A stretch of 64,000 bases of DNA from Lingula anatina (GCA_051362555.1 CM120648.1:19898587-19962586); one strand, 5' to 3'. Positions 34,367 to 48,086 are shown, counted from the first letter of the stretch. Made by a program: numbers and translations. The notes: generated by a model not told the origin, from the letters alone.

Positions 34367-37300
34367 ATAAGAACAATTGGCTTCCAAGGACTTTTAAGGC
34401 CTTAATTCAAATCATTTTCAATGATTTTTAACTAATGAGGGCAAGTTATACATGAATACAGTTATTTTAAAGTGTACATACCAAAGGAAAAAGGACTCAT
34501 TTCATGTAAACTTTGTCTTTGTAACACATTGATGATGAAAAGTTGAAAATAAAAGTACAAGTAATGATGTATTAAAACGTAAGGTATACCCCCATCTGTG
34601 AATCATTGTCTGTATTCATGTCAATAAACTACAAAGTTTTAAATAATATTTTTACAAAGACAAAATGCTGAAATGCAAACCTTTTTCAAGCCTAATAGCA
34701 TTTTCAAGTACTTTTCAAAGTTACATTTAAACTAGTACAAAGTGCTGGACTAAATTTGAACATTTTTCAAGGCTGTATGGATCCTGGTGCATCAGTAAAT
34801 AATGGGAAAATACACAATTAAAAAGTCACTTACCAGTACATGCTCACTTCTTATCCTGTCTCTTTATCTCTTCATTTCCAATTTCCAAAAAGATGTCTTC
34901 TTTTTATATCCAGAAATCAATGCTTTCAGTCGTAATTCTTGCCTCTTCCTTAGAACATTTCTGACCTTCTGGCTTAGATTTTTAAATTGGCTCAACTGAC
35001 CGCGCGCTTAAGACTGTGCTATGTATAGTTATTTGACCTGTTTGAGCAGGCAGTAGGCAAACTGTTTATATCAAACTGACAGTTAAGATAAACACCTGGC
35101 TTGTAATGAATCTGGTCCAGTGAAAGTTACCGGTTTACTTTAATCAAAAGTCAATTGATGCTAACTATAAAGTTTAAAATTTATATATTGTACAATTGTA
35201 CATTATAATAAGATTTCAATCATTTGTCTGATTTCAATAACAATAATAATAATAGCAATAATAAAAAATATGTTTCACAGCATTATTTAAAAATATAAAT
35301 CTGTTCACTCAGTTATTTTTTTATAGGTGAAGTCTATGTACTACATATGAGAGTATATAGCTTGGAAGACAAATAAAAGCAGAAAACTGTTTTTTAACCC
35401 AAGGAATTTGACAAACTCTTCATAAAAAAAAAAAAAAAAAATTTAATCCTAAAAACTATATGTTACTGATCAATAGATAAGCACATGTGATTCTCAGTTG
35501 TGAACAGAAACATTTTTATTATAACAGAAACATTATTCATTTCTATTGAGTTGTTAAAACAACTCAATAGAAATGAATAATGTTTCTGTTATAACTAAAA
35601 TATTTCTGTATTAATTAAAATTGGATACGTTGGCCCAACGTTAGGCCAACGTATGCAATAAATATACACACGTTGGCCCAACGTTGGGCCAAGGTGAGCA
35701 TATTGCAGTTATGTTGTGCATATTATGATGTGGTTGGGCCAACGTTGGGCCAACGTATTACTACCAACGCCAACTATGTGCCAACAAACCAACGATTCCC
35801 CTACGTTGGCCCAACGTATGCTTGCTATCTGGGGAGGGTCTGGTCTCGGTATGGAAACACTGGATCAAGAGACAAATTGCCCCTGATGGGTTGTCCAAGA
35901 AAAACTACTGGCCGTGAATACCGACGACTGATTTTGATGTCCAGGTTGTTAAAGTTCGACACTGCTTGTCAGTTGACAAGACAGTTGAACAATTTTACAC
36001 ATAAGAATGTGTCTGTGAAAATTACTAGGCGTCGGTTAAATGCTCAGAGAGTGTATAACAGGGTAGCAAGACAAAAAAAACTCATATATCGTTACAAAAC
36101 AGGCAAGGTAGAGTGAACTAGGGTCAACAGGATCTGGAACTGGACAGTCCATGGCAATTGGTCCTATATATTTTTTTCTGGTGGGTTTTGCTTTGGTCTG
36201 ACCTCTGATGACAGATGGGTACGATGCTAGCGAACTGCTGGTAAAGCATTTGAAGCACATGCACTGAATTTTCGAACCCGGAGCAGCATATTTATCATGG
36301 TGTGGGGCTGCATCAGCATCCATTGCGTGGGCGAATTGGTAGTGGTTGATGGAAACATGAATCACTAGAAATATATCGATGTTTTGGAGTCAGGCTTGCT
36401 ACCATCTATTACTAACATGTTTGGTGACAGGAGTTATCCATTTGTTCACCAGGATGTCCGATGACAGTGCTCCTTGTCACAGGCCCAGAGCAGTTGATGA
36501 TTGGTTTGAACAACAGGACATTCACAGGTGATGTGGCCTGCCCAGAGACCGGATGCAAGACCGGATGCAAACATACCTGTAATAGAAAATGTGTGGAATG
36601 ATATGTCAAAACTTTTGACAAATGTCCGTCTAACCAGTAGAGAATAATAGTTATATTATATAGAAAATAGTCATATTCAGTGTTTTTTTTTTGTGAAATT
36701 TGATGTTAATAAAATGATACCAGGAGCATAATATTCCACAGTCATTTATCTCCCCCATAGTATTGGTGCAGTAGGGGAGACACTGCTATTGTTCAGTGTT
36801 TGTACTTGCATTTTTTACTAGATTCTATTTTAAAATGGAGATATTAGGCAGTTCTCTGTGAACATTTCATTCGCCTTTGGTGTAAATATTACAAAGGATT
36901 ACGCAGTGCAGAGGTCAAATGTCTGATATTAGGGACATTCTGTCCAGCTCTTAAGAAATTTTGGGGTAACATTTCATTAAACAGACTTGTAATTATTTCT
37001 GAATATATGTCTTGCCGTCTACAGGAGACACATGCAGCACTTAGACATTAGCTTCTAAATAACGCAGTCTGATGCGGATAAAATATATGCTCTTGTTGAT
37101 AATGTACATAAATTTGGTGATAGTTGGCGGGGTCTTATCACTAAATGAATATTTTTACCTCTCTGGAAATCAATATAGAATATCAGATAAGATGGGCATG
37201 AATAATCTAAATCTGCAATGTGGTATAAGATATGGATTTTCACACTGGTATTTTGTTTTATGTACCTTAGCCCATGTTGATTACAGTGTCTGCAATAAAA

Positions 37301-37724
37301 ATATTAGAGACGGTTAACAGGTCTGATGCGATCATTTGTAAACGAAAGCACATGCAATTGGAGACGTGAAAACCTTTTTGATAAGTGGGTATGCTGTAAT
37401 AGAAATATAATATACGTACAAAGAAAATTTTGTAATAGACTTGCATAGTTGGTTCTGATTTTTATTTGAATATTAAATGTAACAAATGTATTACAAAACA
37501 TTTGTTTATTTATATAAGCTGTGAATACCTGTAGCTACGATGTTAATTCAAATGTCTGGCGGGCATTCTATTCATAGGCGTCTGATTTCCAACAACTGTA
37601 CCAGCACAGCTTTTTCTGACCGTACCATTGGCGAATCCACTGGGGCAAAGTAAGCCCTCTCCCTCATTTCTTAGCGCAAAACCACATGTGGGCATGTATT
37701 ATCCTTACCCCACTCTTTCCCTAA

Positions 37725-37936
37725 GGGCCCCTTTACACTGGACGGCGTCCATTCTGCGTCCAGCAGTACGGCCCCATTTGAGAGTTAAAAAATGATAATA
37801 CTTTATATGCCGACAACTGACCGATCATAGAACATTCATTCTGATACAGAATCAATGTTCGTGCCTCCTTATTTAGATCACAGTGATGCCAAATTTCATG
37901 GTCGCAGAAAGGACGCCGTCCAGTGTAAAGGGGGTA
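37725..37936. mobile_element. PIF/Harbinger-type MITE (TAA TSD), second copy
   Basis: Same TIRs and interior as 23088-23310; TAA at 37722-24 and 37937-39. Confidence 0.85.
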
Positions 37937-38722
37937 TAACAGACAAATCCAGTCAATATTCCAATTCATGCGCTCTGTATTACAATAAAATTGTCCTGGT
38001 CTACAAAACATTTTTGTCCTTGACCTCCCCCCCCCTGCTCCCACGTCCTTAGCATTACACTTGCCCCCAATGGGTAGCTACAGATAATACGCCGTCCCTC
38101 CCATCCACTCAAATTGCATTTACTGTTACATTGCTTAATTCCAAATTTCCATACTGACACAATACACATCTATCATATCTAGTAGGTGTAGTTTCATAGT
38201 GTGACTTGTCACAACTATAGCGCACTCGTGTTAGCAACGGACAAAATCTCGAAAAGATAGACGCGGGTACGATTCTTCATTTTCATGTTTCCTTGCAAGC
38301 CAGGTTGTTGTGTCTCAGCTACAAGTGCATTTGTTTGAAGTTTACGGCGACAATCACAAATGTTTGACAGGCTTATTAAGTACGTCACAAAAGAGTTCTC
38401 AACAAGAGAGTTCCGAAAAGGCGTAGACCTGTTGTATAAAAGACATTAACAATCGCTATAAAATAACGCTCGTATTCAGTACGTAACAAAACAAAACGTA
38501 AAATGAATGTGTCGAGTTATGAAACGTTTCTGTCAAATGTTTTTAGGAACCATGAAACTCGAATAACTAAATTCTGTTTTTGATTGGCGAGGTGAAATTG
38601 ACGGTTCATGTCAGATTCTGGCCAGCGCACTTGAAGGTTGGAAAAAGAGCGGATTTCGATGCACATATGATCCGCAAGTAAAATTTCATAATCCTTCCCC
38701 CTCTCTCTCTTTCTCCTTCAAG

Positions 38723-39361
38723 TGACCCTGGCTATGCAACCCGTGGGGTTCCCGAGAGAATTCAAAGCCAGATGTCGCGGGAAGTGGTTGGTCATTCAAA
38801 GCCACAAGGTCGGAGATCTCTTCTTCAACAGAACATGGACAGCTAGAGTATGAGAAAGGGTTCGGAAACCCAGTCACTGGGGACTACTGGATCGGAAATG
38901 ACGTCATTTCTTACATTACTAATAGCGGAAACTACAGACTTAAGGTTGAGTTCACAACTTGGGATGGCACACAACATGTGTTTAAGTACACTTCGTTTCG
39001 AGTCGGTTCCTCCTCGGATGGAAAACGCCTCTTCTTGCAAGATTTTAAGGGGTTCTGGGCTACAACTAACTTCACCTCAAACGACTCGAGCTGCCCGTCT
39101 GCGGACACGTGTTCCAGCGGGCAGACGTTCTCCACCTGCGACTATGGCGGCGAGTCGCACTGCGCATGCGCCAATGGTGGAGGATGGTGGTACGGCCCCA
39201 ACTGCACAGAGCTGGGTCTGAACTCCTGGTATCCGGGCACTGGGCATTGTGAACTGAACTCAGGGCAGTATGAGCGCTGTATGAAGTACGCCGGAATGGG
39301 AGGGGAGAACTGTGGACTAAACTGTATGTTAGGGAAAGTAGAGATGATGATTGCTAAATAA
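38723..39361 (+). pseudogene. Fibrinogen-related domain (FReD) terminal exon with +4 frameshift
   Basis: Long pyrimidine tract + aag acceptor; WLVIQ..., FFNRTWT[+4]EYEKGFGNPVTGDYWIGND, YRLKVEFTTWDG, FST, GGGWWY, VEMMI*; AATAAA about 39368. Confidence 0.85.
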
Positions 39362-40295
39362 GCAAAGAATAAATAAAAATAATTAAAAGGAATTGAACAT
39401 TAATTTTCAAAATGAAGTTCGGCCTTACTGCTTTATAAGAGTTTAGAGTTTTAATTTTTCACAAAGTAAAATAAATAACTAAATATCTGCGGACTTAATA
39501 TGCATGGCCAGCTCCACTTAAAAACAATGCTGCCTAATCCCATAATAGTCTCCCTACCTCTACATGTGCCATCTGTACAGGGGCCTAGCTATTAAATCTT
39601 AGCCAAATTCTAATCTGTTTAATTGCTAGGGTCCTGTGGTAAACATATTTTTATTTTGACAAATTAAAAAGTCCATCAGAATTGACTTCTCTGTTTTAGT
39701 ACTTGCCCTATGCGTCCATTTATCAAAATAAGAAAATAAGTGAATAGAAGAAAGTTCCAGTACAAACATGTTATCTTTCGTCTCTTTGCTACTGTGCTTT
39801 AGAATAAAACTTACAAAAAATATTTGTCTAATTTTCTGTTCTTAATGGTCTCTTAGTTGATTCCCAAACCAAGCTGAAGAGCACAGTGCATGCATCTCAG
39901 CAAGACAAGTCCCATTACTAGTTTCCACATTTAGCAGCAATAAAGTGAGTTGTTAACCTACACTTTGTCAGCTGCTACAGAAAAGATTGTGCCTTAGTTA
40001 CAATGCAAGTTGTTCCTTTTGTTTTTTGTTTAGTTTTTAGTTCCGCTGAGATTCTTTTGTATTGCCGCGGTCTTAAGATTTAGGAAAACACTGTGCACAG
40101 TATACGTAGCAGCAGCTGCATTAAAAAAAGAGTAAATACAGTGAATTACCTTTTGTCGAACTAGGGCTATTTTCATAATGCGTCCAGCTAAGCGTAAATC
40201 ATACCTTTGCAAGTTTTGCATAGTAAGAAACAGCTAGACTCGCCCTTCAAGAAATCCACGCCTTATTGCATCAAAATGAGAAATTAACCTTTTTT

Positions 40296-42726
40296 TATGT
40301 ACAGGCACAGATGTGTCTGTACATATTGCCATCACCTGCGTATGTCGTCGCCGATGCCGTCGCCGATGCCGATGCCGGCGCCGTGCACTTTCCTTGTAAA
40401 CACTATAAGTGGAGAGCAGATTTACTTTTTGGCTTAATATTTACAGAGCTGATGAATATTCATAAAATGCAGGTCAAGTTCGAAAATCAGCATGATCGGG
40501 CCATTTTTATAGAAGTTATGCTGTTTTTTCACTTTTCAGCATATATGCAACGCTGTAAACACATTTTAAGGAAAACCGTTAGGCCTGTTGTCATGAAACT
40601 CACAGGAGTAATCAATCTTATTTAAATGCAGGTCAAGTTCAAAAATCGGCAAGATCGGGCCACTATTTAAGTAGTTATGCTGTTTTTTCATTTTTCAGCA
40701 TATATGCAACACTGTAAACACAATATAAGAAATACAGATAAGGAAATTGTCATTAAACTCACAGGAGTGGTCAATCTTACTAAAACACAGGTTGAGTTCG
40801 AAAATCAGCATAATCGGGGCATTATTATAGAAGTTATGCTGTTTTTTTCACATTTCCTCAGATTCAACTCTTAGGCATGTTAACAGTGTCATTTTTGAAC
40901 TAATAAGATACGTAAAAGTGTTTGTTTGACATTTCCTGCATCTTTACAACATTGTTAGTTGATTATGTAAAAATGATGGTAAACTTGTTATCTTGTATTA
41001 TGTAATAGAGTGTCAAAAATGGAAATAAACTCATATCATTGCAGTTTGTCAGATTCAATTATTCACTATGTTCAGAATCTCAGAATGGAGGAAATTAGAC
41101 ACTTAACACTATTCTATTGATATTTTCCCCATCTCATCAATTTTCTTAGTTGATCATATAAAAATTGCAGTAAACTGTTTATTTTGTTTTATGTTAAAAA
41201 ATGTGTTAAAAATGGAATAAACCCATGTCAGAACAGTGCTGTCTTGTTTCACATTTCCTCAGATTCAATTCTTAGGCATGTTAACAGTCTCATTATTTTA
41301 CTAATAAGACATGTTAAAGTGTTTGTTTGACATTTCCTGCATCTTTACAACATTATTAGTTGATTATGTTAAACTGATGGTAAACTTGTCATCGTGTATT
41401 GTGTAATAAAGTTTCAAAAATGGAAATAAACTCATATCATTGCAGTTTGTCAGATTCAATCATTCACTGTGTTCAGAATCTCAGAATGGAGGAAATTGGA
41501 CATTTAACACTTGTATTGATATTTTTCCCATCTCATCAATTTTCTTAGTTGATCGTTTAAAAATGGCAGTAACCTGTTAATTTTGTTTTATGTTAAAAAA
41601 ATTGTTAAAAATGAAAAAAAAAAAAAAAAAAAAAAAAACATTTCAGAACAGTGCTGTCTTGTTTACATTTTGGCATTTTCAAGTTGTGACTTTGAAGTTC
41701 CATGAGCCTGAAGACCTTTGCTAGTCACATTTTCTGAATATCCATGATACTAATATTTTATTATTAAAAATTGATGGTCTTTATGCTGTTAAACATTACG
41801 TAATATTGCATCAAAATTTGAAAAAAACTATTTTGGGCACTACTCCCATGATGACCATTAAAAAAAAAAACAATGTCACTTACTGTTCTCAAACAGTACA
41901 GTAAATATGTACAGATGTGTTTGTACATATTGCCATCACCTGCATCTGCCGTGGTCGCCGTCACTGTCGCCGGCGCCGTGCATTTTCATTGTAAACATGA
42001 TAAGTGGAAGGCAGTTTTACTTTTTGGCTGTATATTTACAGAGCTGATGAATATTCATAAAACGCAGGTCAAGTTCTAAAATCAGCATGATCGGGCCATT
42101 TTTGTAGAAGTTATGCTGTTTTTTCACTTTTCGGCATATATGCAACACTGTAAACACAATATAAGAAAAACAGATTGGCCAATTGTCATTAAACTACGTA
42201 CGGATAAAATTTAGTCCCAAAATATTACATGTCCCTATACTCCCGTTACCGATAGATACATAAAGGAAAAACTGAAAAAACGTCCTTTTAGATTTAAATA
42301 CCGATAGATCCGATTTTTTACTGCTGTCCTATATATTTGCGTTCCTATAGTTACGACGTCCTCATAAACCCACGGCCTTTAAATCCGCATACCTATAGAT
42401 CCACGTATTTTGAGATCCAAAAACCGATAGATCCATTACAGGTATGCTTTTGCTCAAAATGGTTGGTATAGGCCTACTACTCAGTACATAAAATGCACTT
42501 CTTTAAAACGACAGTACACATATTAATCATTTTAGCAATTTATATTCTACTAGATCGTTTTCACACAATACTCAGTGAAAGAACATAAAAAGAACATTAA
42601 AAATGTGTTCTATATATTTCACAACGCTTAGGCCCTACTGTTCTAGCGTCAGAACACTGTTAAAAGCGTTCTCAAAATGTAACATTTGAACACGTAAAAA
42701 GTGTTCTGAATTTACATGTAAATGTG

Positions 42727-42761
<35 letters not shown>

Positions 42762-43748
42762 ATAAAAATGTGTTCTATATTTCACAACGCTCAGTGTTCT
42801 GGCGCAGAACACTGTTTTTATAAAAGCGTTCTCAAAATGTAACATTTGCACACTTAAAATGTGTTCTGTTTCATGTTTGCGACGCGTTCCCGAACTTTAG
42901 AGTGTGATAGACGTGTAGACGCGAACGTACATTGTAGGCCCTACATGTATGTCTTGTTTGAAAACCTAATAAATATATAAATACATAAAAATGAATAAAT
43001 AATAAATATAAGGTTGTAATTAAGTCAGATCACTAAGTGGATCAGTATGTATGTATTCGCAGCCAGACTATCACTCGAAAGCCTCATACCTGTATCACAA
43101 GTTGATATCGGCCTTAGGCGAGTACGATGTCAGATAGATGGATCTAGCGGTACCTGGATCTAAAGATACACACCATACGTGGGTTTATAGGAATCTGTTG
43201 GTGGATCTATCGGAACGTAAATTTAACGAGACGTAAATCTATTGAGACGTGTATGTATAGAGGCGTATCTATCGGGACGAATATTTATTGGGACGTTTAT
43301 CTATATGGCGGACCCCGTGACTCACAGGAGTGGTCATTCCTGCTAAAACGCAGGTTGAGTTAAAAAATCAGCATAATCGGGCCATTATTTTAAAGAAATG
43401 CAGTTTTTTCACATTTCCTCAGATTCAATTCTTAGGCATGTTAACAGTTTCATTATTTAATTAATAAGATACTTAAAAGTGTTTGTTTGGCATTTCCTGC
43501 ATCTTTACAACATTATTAGTTGATTATGTAAAAATGATGGTAAACTTGTTATCGTGCATTGTGTAATAAAGTTTCAAAAATGGAAATAAACTCATATCAT
43601 TGCAGTTTGTCAGACTCAATCATTAAAATTTGATGTTGAATTTGCAGTTTAACATAATGTACTTTTGCATCAGAATTGACAGTAGCCTATTTTGTGCATA
43701 GTTATTTCCTGTTTTTTGTCTGTACATTTGACAGCTTTGCTGCCTTGT
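40296..43748 (+). mobile_element. HINE family A (double copy with internal duplication)
   Basis: Both ends present, second head about 41906; inserted in a T-run of the repeat seen uninterrupted at 1329-1988. Confidence 0.85.
42196..43319. mobile_element. Insertion nested in a HINE A core unit
   Basis: Host aaactcacagg is split with act duplicated; ccgatagat / atctatcgg motifs inverted at the two ends. Confidence 0.65.
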
Positions 43749-43756
43749 TTGCATCT

Positions 43757-43791
<35 letters not shown>

Positions 43792-45459
43792 TTTTGTCTG
43801 TAGACTCGTCCTTCAAGAAATACATGCCTTCAAGAAATCGACGAAAACTGGAAGTGCGTGTTTTTTTGCACTGTTTTTCCTGTCATGCCCATCGTAAACA
43901 CTGTGTTGTCAAGAAAAATGAAGCGTCTGATACAAAGTATCAAACGCAGCATTGACGTGCTTGCTTGCGATGCGTTCAGTACACTTTGTTTACACTGAGA
44001 AGTCGAGGTCAGAAATGCACAATGTTTTTCTATGTAATTGCGCAGTTTCAATTTTGATTAGTGAATTTTCTTTTATCTGCATGGTCATTTTCCGAACATT
44101 TGTATAAGCCACGAAATATTTCTCATCGGAAAATCACCCAGCAGCTTTCCAAGTACAAGCGAGTGACGTCATGACGCACTTCCGGTTTTCGTAGAGATCT
44201 TGAAGGGATTAGCGTTACGGTTTGCTGCACATTTAAAGCGTTCTGTCTCAAAATGTACTCAACTGCTTGGATTAAAATTTACAGAACTTATTCTTCACAA
44301 GATATCACACATATGTGCTTAATTTGAGAGATTTAGCTGTTACATGTTTTCTACAGTGCCCATTCAAATTTGAAAAACAGCTACCCAGATAGCATGACGT
44401 CGTCGGCCCGACGTCGATTTCGAGCTACGCATATAGACCTCGACCCCACATTATGGAACGACCCCGGATTATGGAACAAAACCGGAAGTTTGCCCTTTTT
44501 ACCCAGCATGCAGAGCGTAAAAAATCCCCGTTGCCACGAAAGTTTCGAGCGTCTGCTACAATGTATCAAACGCGCTATGCAGACGCATGTTACGACCTGA
44601 TACAATAGAAGTGTTAGCGTTTGAAAGTTCGTTGTTCTCAAATTTGATAAAATTATTAATGAACTTACGTTTATTCAAGCACGTTTTAAAGCCGTTTATC
44701 GTCCGCTTTCGTCTGCACGTGTTACTGTCAGTTTCCGATCTCGATTTTTAACTTTTTCATACTGGTTACGGGTAGGTACATCGATCGCTGTGGACGTAAA
44801 CACGGCCGTCTTTTACTGCTATAAGTATTGTAGCCTAACTTGTCTCATCCCTTAGCCTATTGTTTGTAGGCCCCTATTTCTTGTTCTCGGCTTAATGAAA
44901 TTATTTTAAAACATCCACTTTCAAGAGGTTGAAGTATTCCAAGATCTCATAAAAATGGCTTTGGTTGGTCATTGCTGTGGGTGTTTTCTGCTCACTGTAA
45001 ACTGTCGCTAGAGAACGCTACGAGCGCTATTAGACTCAAGCGACTTGTGAAATAAATAAATTTGTTCTCACAAAATAACACTTTGTATTGACATTATGAG
45101 AGAAAAAATCGTTACTGACCTTTTTCATGCTCGATAAATTTCGGCATGTCAAAGAGGAAATTATAGGCCCACTTTTATTCAATATCAGAGGCGGCACGTA
45201 GGCCTATAGGGCCTATTTGAGGTGCCAAAGACGATCATTTTAAATCATATTTCAGGTAGGCCTACACAAATGACACATGATTGATCTTTGTTGTGATGAA
45301 AAAAAAAAAAGACTTATGAATCATTTAGGGCCTACTAGGTTTGCGCCTTTTGCTGGGAGTTTTATCTTTAAAACTTCTTATTTCAACTATCTCTATCCAG
45401 TATCTTCTTCTTCTATTTTTCTTAAATATAGGCCTACCACAGGTGCTCTCAAGGGAGGT

Positions 45460-45820
45460 GGTTATGGGAAGTTGGCCCTCAGTCACTCTGATGAGGCAGC
45501 TCTAGTCCACTACTGCCTTATTATGAGTGACTGGGGGTTTTCCCTCACCAAAGACTTGGAGTCTGCAAGTTTTTTCTGGCGGTGGGAAAACAAAGGGATA
45601 GGCCTATGGGCTTTTCAGCGTCGAACGGCTGGTGGGATCGGTTCATGAATCGACATCCCGAGTTGTAGGCCTACCTTAGAAAACCGGGAAGGATAAATAG
45701 GTGCGATATAGTGAAATAAAAAACATGCTAAATAAATGAAAAATAATGAGAAAATGAATTTTGTCTTCAAATAAAGATTTGTTCGGATATCGGATAATAA
45801 GAAAGCATTATTTAAAGACT

Positions 45821-45863
<43 letters not shown>

Positions 45864-46220
45864 AAAGAAGAGCTGTAAAAAAAATGAGATAAGCCGAAGA
45901 TGGCGCTAAGCGAAAAATGGAGAAAGAGGAGAAGAGAAGAGCGGGCGTGGAGAGGGAGAGGAAGAAGGCTGAGGTACGAGAGCGAAAGGCACAGAGGGCA
46001 TTGGAGGTGAAACGTACGTAGAAAAGATAAGAATGAAGAAGAGAGAGAAAAAAAATTTACGTTGCGTTGTTTGTAAAGCCTAGGTCCCAACCGAACGTAC
46101 GGGCTGCTACGTGTGGTCTACGGCCAAAAAAAAAAATGGGACAAACTTGGGAGTTCGTGCGTGAGGAGCACATCCATCGTGCGACTTTTGGAAGACGCAC
46201 ACAGCACGTAGTAACTTTTC
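45460..46220 (+). pseudogene. Degenerate pogo/Tigger-like transposase (CENP-B-type HTH) remnant
   Basis: LSHSDEAALVHYCLIMSDWGFSLT, then shifted GWWDRFMNRHPEL, then a K/E/R-rich stretch; limits approximate. Confidence 0.6.
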
Positions 46221-46563
46221 GACATGATCAACAGCCGCTACGTGCGATCTAGCTACATGTACGTCCTAGCCGGACGCGAGGAACTAAAAAACCGTGCGTC
46301 CAAAACGTATTTGGGACCTAGGCTTAACGCGCAAGAACATTTCACTTGCGCTTAAACCAGTACATTTTTGGACGTTTTCCTGTGTTAGGCCTATATCTGC
46401 TGGAATTTATCTCAGTAAAGGAGAAACATTGGTTGAGTTCTTTTGTTTTATATATTTTTTTAAGATTTATATTTTTTTTCTTACTTATACCGCAAAAGTA
46501 CATGGGCCTACAAGTGATATGTTCTTGTGCGTTACAAACGTAAAAATAAACATACATACGTAC

Positions 46564-46773
46564 ATGTCACCAATACAGGGAGGTTGGGAGGAGTGGTTGC
46601 ACTTAAAGAGGTAAACACACATACATCAACGTGTTACTATCATAACTATATAATACTGTAAACTTGAACCATGCCTATGTCACCAATACAGGGAGGTTGG
46701 TAGGAGTGGTTGCACTTAAAGAGGTAAACACATATCAACATGTTACTATCATAACTATATAACACTGTAAACA
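46564..46773. repeat. Direct duplication of about 100 bp
   Basis: atgtcaccaatacagggaggttgg...ctgtaaac twice. Confidence 0.85.
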
Positions 46774-47351
46774 TCAGAATTGCTGCTATTTGGCACTAGA
46801 AAAGTAAATGCTTAATGTGTTAAAAAGTTGTTACAGTATTACTCAGCCTTTGTTAAATCTTGTGTGACCCAAGTCTTGTGTAAGGTGTTACACTCTCAAA
46901 GTATAGGTCAGAGAATGATGGAATGATGGAACAAGTGCAGGTGAGGAGGGCCATTGAGGGCCAGGTAGAAGAAGACCATGAACTGATGCGGACACACAAG
47001 CATGGCAGTACTGTGGAACTGGAGATGGAAGTGAGGGAACGGTCGGATAGTGAGGCATGAACTACATCAACTCATCAGATAGTGAGGCGTAAATAATAAT
47101 TGCACATGGTCAGTTTGGGGCAGAAAGGAAAGTGAAGCACATGGAAACTGAAATATTTTATCAGGACATGAAATATGCCAGAAGACAGTGAAGAGAACAT
47201 TACTAGGAGCTGTGTACCAGTAGAGAGAGAGGAGAGTATGAACTCTTAACATTGGTGCTGTGGTCAGAATACTTGGTGTTTACCATGTACCCCCCTCTCA
47301 CTGCTGACATTATGCATTTAGGGAGTTATCAAAATAAAGAACAAAGAGATA

Positions 47352-47645
47352 TGGCATGTCATGATAGTCCATGACCTGACATTCAGTATATGGTATATGT
47401 TGCCATGACAATATGCCATGACAGTGCATGACCTGACATTCAGTATATGGTAATTGTTGCCATGACAGTCCATGACCTGACATTCAGTACCATGGTAACC
47501 ATTGCCGTGACAATATGGCATGACCGTCCATGGCCAGACATTCAGTATCATGGTAACCGTTGCCATGGCAACATGGCATGACAGTCCATGACCTGACATT
47601 CAGTACCATGGTAACTGTTGCCATGACAACATGCCATGACAGACT
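47352..47645. repeat. Minisatellite of about 55-bp catg-rich units
   Basis: catgacagtccatgacctgacattcagta... repeated about 5 times. Confidence 0.85.
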
Positions 47646-47832
47646 ATGTCGTCATATACAGTTACACAGTAACCATTGTTTCAGTTCATAATAATGCCAA
47701 TATCATTTTATCCATGTTAAATTTATTTGGGTCCTTAAGTAAATAAATACATTGTAACTACTGGTGTATGGGGGTGGGGGGGGGGGTGGGGGGTTCATGC
47801 CAAGGCAGTCCTTTTGTACCCAGAGTTTAAGA

Positions 47833-48086
47833 GTCTACTGTAGACTGACCTGTGTAATCATCATGTCTTCCAGAAAGGGAGGGGAGACATGATGATAATA
47901 CAGCTTACTGGTAGTTTACTGTAGACTGACCTGTGTAATCATCATGCCTTCCAGAAAGGGAGGGGAGACATGATGATGATAATAGAGCTTACTGGCAGTT
48001 TACTGTAGACTGACCTGTGTAATCACCATGCCTTCCAGAAAGGGAGGGGAGACAAGCTGATAATAGAGCTTACTGGCAGTCTACTG
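47833..48086. repeat. Tandem repeat, about 80 bp x3
   Basis: tactgtagactgacctgtgtaatca...agaaagggaggggagaca repeated. Confidence 0.85.

Larger units (their letters stand above)
26154..35833. mobile_element. CACTA/EnSpm-like element, 9.7 kb, 2-bp TSD GA
   Basis: TIRs cccagatagcaagcatacgttgggccaacg / cgttggcccaacgtatgcttgctatctggg; GA at 26152-53 and 35834-35; 11-bp subterminal repeats; decayed DUF4806-like motif (N*LCFAKDHTG, minus, about 26975-27010). Confidence 0.9.
26033..36620 (+). pseudogene. Tc1 transposase pseudogene split by a CACTA insertion (26033-26153 + 35836-36620)
   Basis: Removing the insert restores ...NCSVRTVQ/RVWSRYGNTGS...GCPRKTT; downstream broken motifs MVWGCIS, DDSAPCHR, WPAQ.PD, IENVW. 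Confidence 0.85.

Noticed and set aside
38180-38430. Upstream exon or signal peptide for the FReD gene
   Set aside because: No frame gives a convincing domain with matching splice sites.
19736-38723. FReD exon spliced onto the caspase (both phase 1)
   Set aside because: A disulphide-rich extracellular domain on a cytosolic GTPase-caspase is implausible, a nearer terminal exon exists, and the FReD exon is frameshifted.
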